26,455 nt of DNA from a virus, in UHGV virus genome UHGV-0075053. One strand, 5' to 3'. This document shows positions 24,758-26,455 of the stretch, in pieces. The first letter of the stretch is position 1; every line of letters begins with the position of its first letter. The position numbers were made by a program, and so were the translations under genes. Below the pieces are notes generated by a model that worked only from the letters and a program-made list of their open reading frames with translations, did not search any database and was not told the origin of the DNA.

Positions 24758-24942
24758 CTTCAGCATTTGCGCTGGTGATGACCGTTTTTCTTATAACGGG
24801 TGAGCCACAAAATGTGATTACCGGAATTTATGACAGTAAGTCATCCTGCATTCAGGTAAGGGACGAACAAAAAATCCCCGGTGAATGCCTCCCGTTAAAA
24901 AAAGTATCGCTGAACCTGAATAACGAAATACCGGCTGGATAA
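24754..24942 (+). CDS. YdfD-like small membrane protein
   Basis: 62 aa with N-terminal hydrophobic helix; GTG start overlaps the dicB stop; same position as ydfD in Qin. Confidence 0.5.
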   Translation: MTSAFALVMTVFLITGEPQNVITGIYDSKSSCIQVRDEQKIPGECLPLKKVSLNLNNEIPAG

Positions 24943-25037
24943 CCCGCCAGCCATATTAACGCCATACCAACGGATTAAAAATGCCAGCAATGGCAGGGAT
25001 TCGTTCACCCTGAAATCTGTAATGAGGTTAAAACACA

Positions 25038-26455
25038 ATGAGTAAAATCTTTATTTGCGCTGCTATTCCTGACGAACAGGCCATAAAAGAAGATAGCGCT
25101 GTTGCGGTGGCCACTGCCATTGAAGCCGGTGATGAACGTCGCGCCCGCGCAAAATTTCACTGGCAATTCCTGGAACATTATCCGGCTGCTCAGGACTGCG
25201 CTTATAAATTTCTTGTTTGCGAGGATAAACCCGGTATACCCCGCCCTGCCCTCGATTCCTGGGATGCTGAATATATGCAGGAAAACCGCTGGGATGAGGA
25301 GTCTGCTTCCTTTGTCCCGGTTGAGACTGAATCCGATCCGATGAACGTCACTTTTGACAAGCTGGCCCCTGAAGTACAGAACGCTGTCATGGTTAAGTTC
25401 GACACATGTGAAAACATCACCGTTGATATGGTTATTAGCGCACAGGAATTGTTGCAGGAAGACATGGCAACATTCGACGGACATATCGTTGAAGCGTTGA
25501 TGAAAATGCCAGAAGTTAACGCCATGTATCCGGAGCTTAAGCTGCATGCCATCGGGTGGGTTAAGCATAAATGTAAGCCTGGTGCCAAATGGCCCGAAAT
25601 TCAGGCAGAGATGCGCATCTGGAAAAAACGTCGCGAAGGTGAACGTAAGGAAACCGGAAAATACACGTCTGTTATTGATCTCGCCCGCGCCAGAACCAAT
25701 CAACAGCACAGTGAAAATTCAACAGGAAAAATCAGCCCGGTCATTGCTGCCATTCATCGCGAATACAAGCAGACATGGAAAACACTGGATGACGAACTGG
25801 CCTACGCTCTCTGGCCTGGTGATGTGGATGCCGGAAACATTGACGGCAGCATCCATCGCTGGGCAAAAAATGAAGTTATCGACAACGACCGCGAAGACTG
25901 GAAGCGTATCTCGGCATCAATGCGCAAACAGCCTGATGCCCTTCGCTACGACCGCCAAACTATTTTTGGCCTTGTCCGTGAGCGTCCGATCGACATTCAC
26001 AAAGATCCCGTAGCACTGAACAAATACATCACTGAATACCTGACTACCAAGGGCGTGTTTGAAGATGACGAAGGAACAAATCAGGGCACAGCTGGTACTC
26101 TCCCGTCACCAGTACCAGAAACTGATGCAGTGGAAACGGCAATGCCGGACAACGAAAAAACCGAATGCGAAGTGGAAGACGAACCATCTGTAGAGCGTGA
26201 GGGACCGTTCTACTTCCTTTTCACCGATAAGGACGGCGAAAAATACGGTCGCGCAAACAAACTTTCTGGTCTGGAAAAAGCACTGGCCCTGGGAGCTACG
26301 GAAATCACAAAAGAGGAATACTTCGCACGTAAAAACGGCACGTACTCAGGTTCACAACAAAATACTGGTGCATCTGACACGATCGCACAACCAGAGCCGG
26401 TAAAAGTTACCGCTGACGAAGTAAACAAAATTATGCAGGCAGCCAATATCAGCCA
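25038..26455 (+). CDS. RecE/YdfE-like protein, 5' partial (runs off the window end)
   Basis: Uninterrupted reading frame from ATG 25038 to the window end (more than 470 codons), not in the ORF track for lack of a stop; acidic; early-left position after dicB/ydfD; family assignment from memory only. Confidence 0.5.
   Translation, partial: MSKIFICAAIPDEQAIKEDSAVAVATAIEAGDERRARAKFHWQFLEHYPAAQDCAYKFLVCEDKPGIPRPALDSWDAEYMQENRWDEESASFVPVETESDPMNVTFDKLAPEVQNAVMVKFDTCENITVDMVISAQELLQEDMATFDGHIVEALMKMPEVNAMYPELKLHAIGWVKHKCKPGAKWPEIQAEMRIWKKRREGERKETGKYTSVIDLARARTNQQHSENSTGKISPVIAAIHREYKQTWKTLDDELAYALWPGDVDAGNIDGSIHRWAKNEVIDNDREDWKRISASMRKQPDALRYDRQTIFGLVRERPIDIHKDPVALNKYITEYLTTKGVFEDDEGTNQGTAGTLPSPVPETDAVETAMPDNEKTECEVEDEPSVEREGPFYFLFTDKDGEKYGRANKLSGLEKALALGATEITKEEYFARKNGTYSGSQQNTGASDTIAQPEPVKVTADEVNKIMQAANIS

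Noticed and set aside
25005-25709. 234-aa minus-strand ORF
   Set aside because: Antisense to a long uninterrupted plus-strand frame (RecE/YdfE-like) in the expected early-left orientation

Overview
This 26.4 kb window is a composite mobile-element region of an Escherichia/Shigella-type chromosome; all identifications are by eye from the translations and sequence, with no database search. (1) Left edge: a Pin/Gin/Hin-family serine DNA invertase (122-694) with a gix-like crossover site just upstream, implying an invertible segment to the left of the window. (2) About 835-8400: a satellite-like integrative element (P4/PICI-style) on the minus strand with a P4-type tyrosine integrase, two AlpA-like regulators, a Bro-N protein, a divergent promoter switch with TGTGCGCACA palindromes and an RHH gene, a five-gene small-protein operon coupled to a DUF927-type primase, a 21-bp-phased iteron origin and an SSB-like gene. 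Its integrase end abuts a C-terminally truncated terminase large subunit. (3) About 8400-26455: a Qin-like defective lambdoid prophage with late genes on the minus strand: terL remnant, terS, HNH, bor, Rz/Rz1, SAR endolysin, DUF1327, S21-type holin, a five-tRNA cluster, Q, RusA, DUF968, hokD, an O-like replication gene with internal iterons, YdaT/YdaS-like genes, a CI-like S24 repressor with GTAAC-N4-GTTAC operators, DicF-DicB, YdfD-like and a RecE/YdfE-like gene running off the window. The best candidates for undescribed systems are a translationally coupled three-gene membrane-protein cassette (13932-15446) on the opposite strand between Q and the late tRNA/lysis genes, and an AT-rich single-gene island encoding an HNH-motif fusion protein (19126-19935) beside an orphan hokD. 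The satellite's small-gene operon, a lipoprotein moron and an atypical UUU-anticodon tRNA-like gene are secondary candidates.
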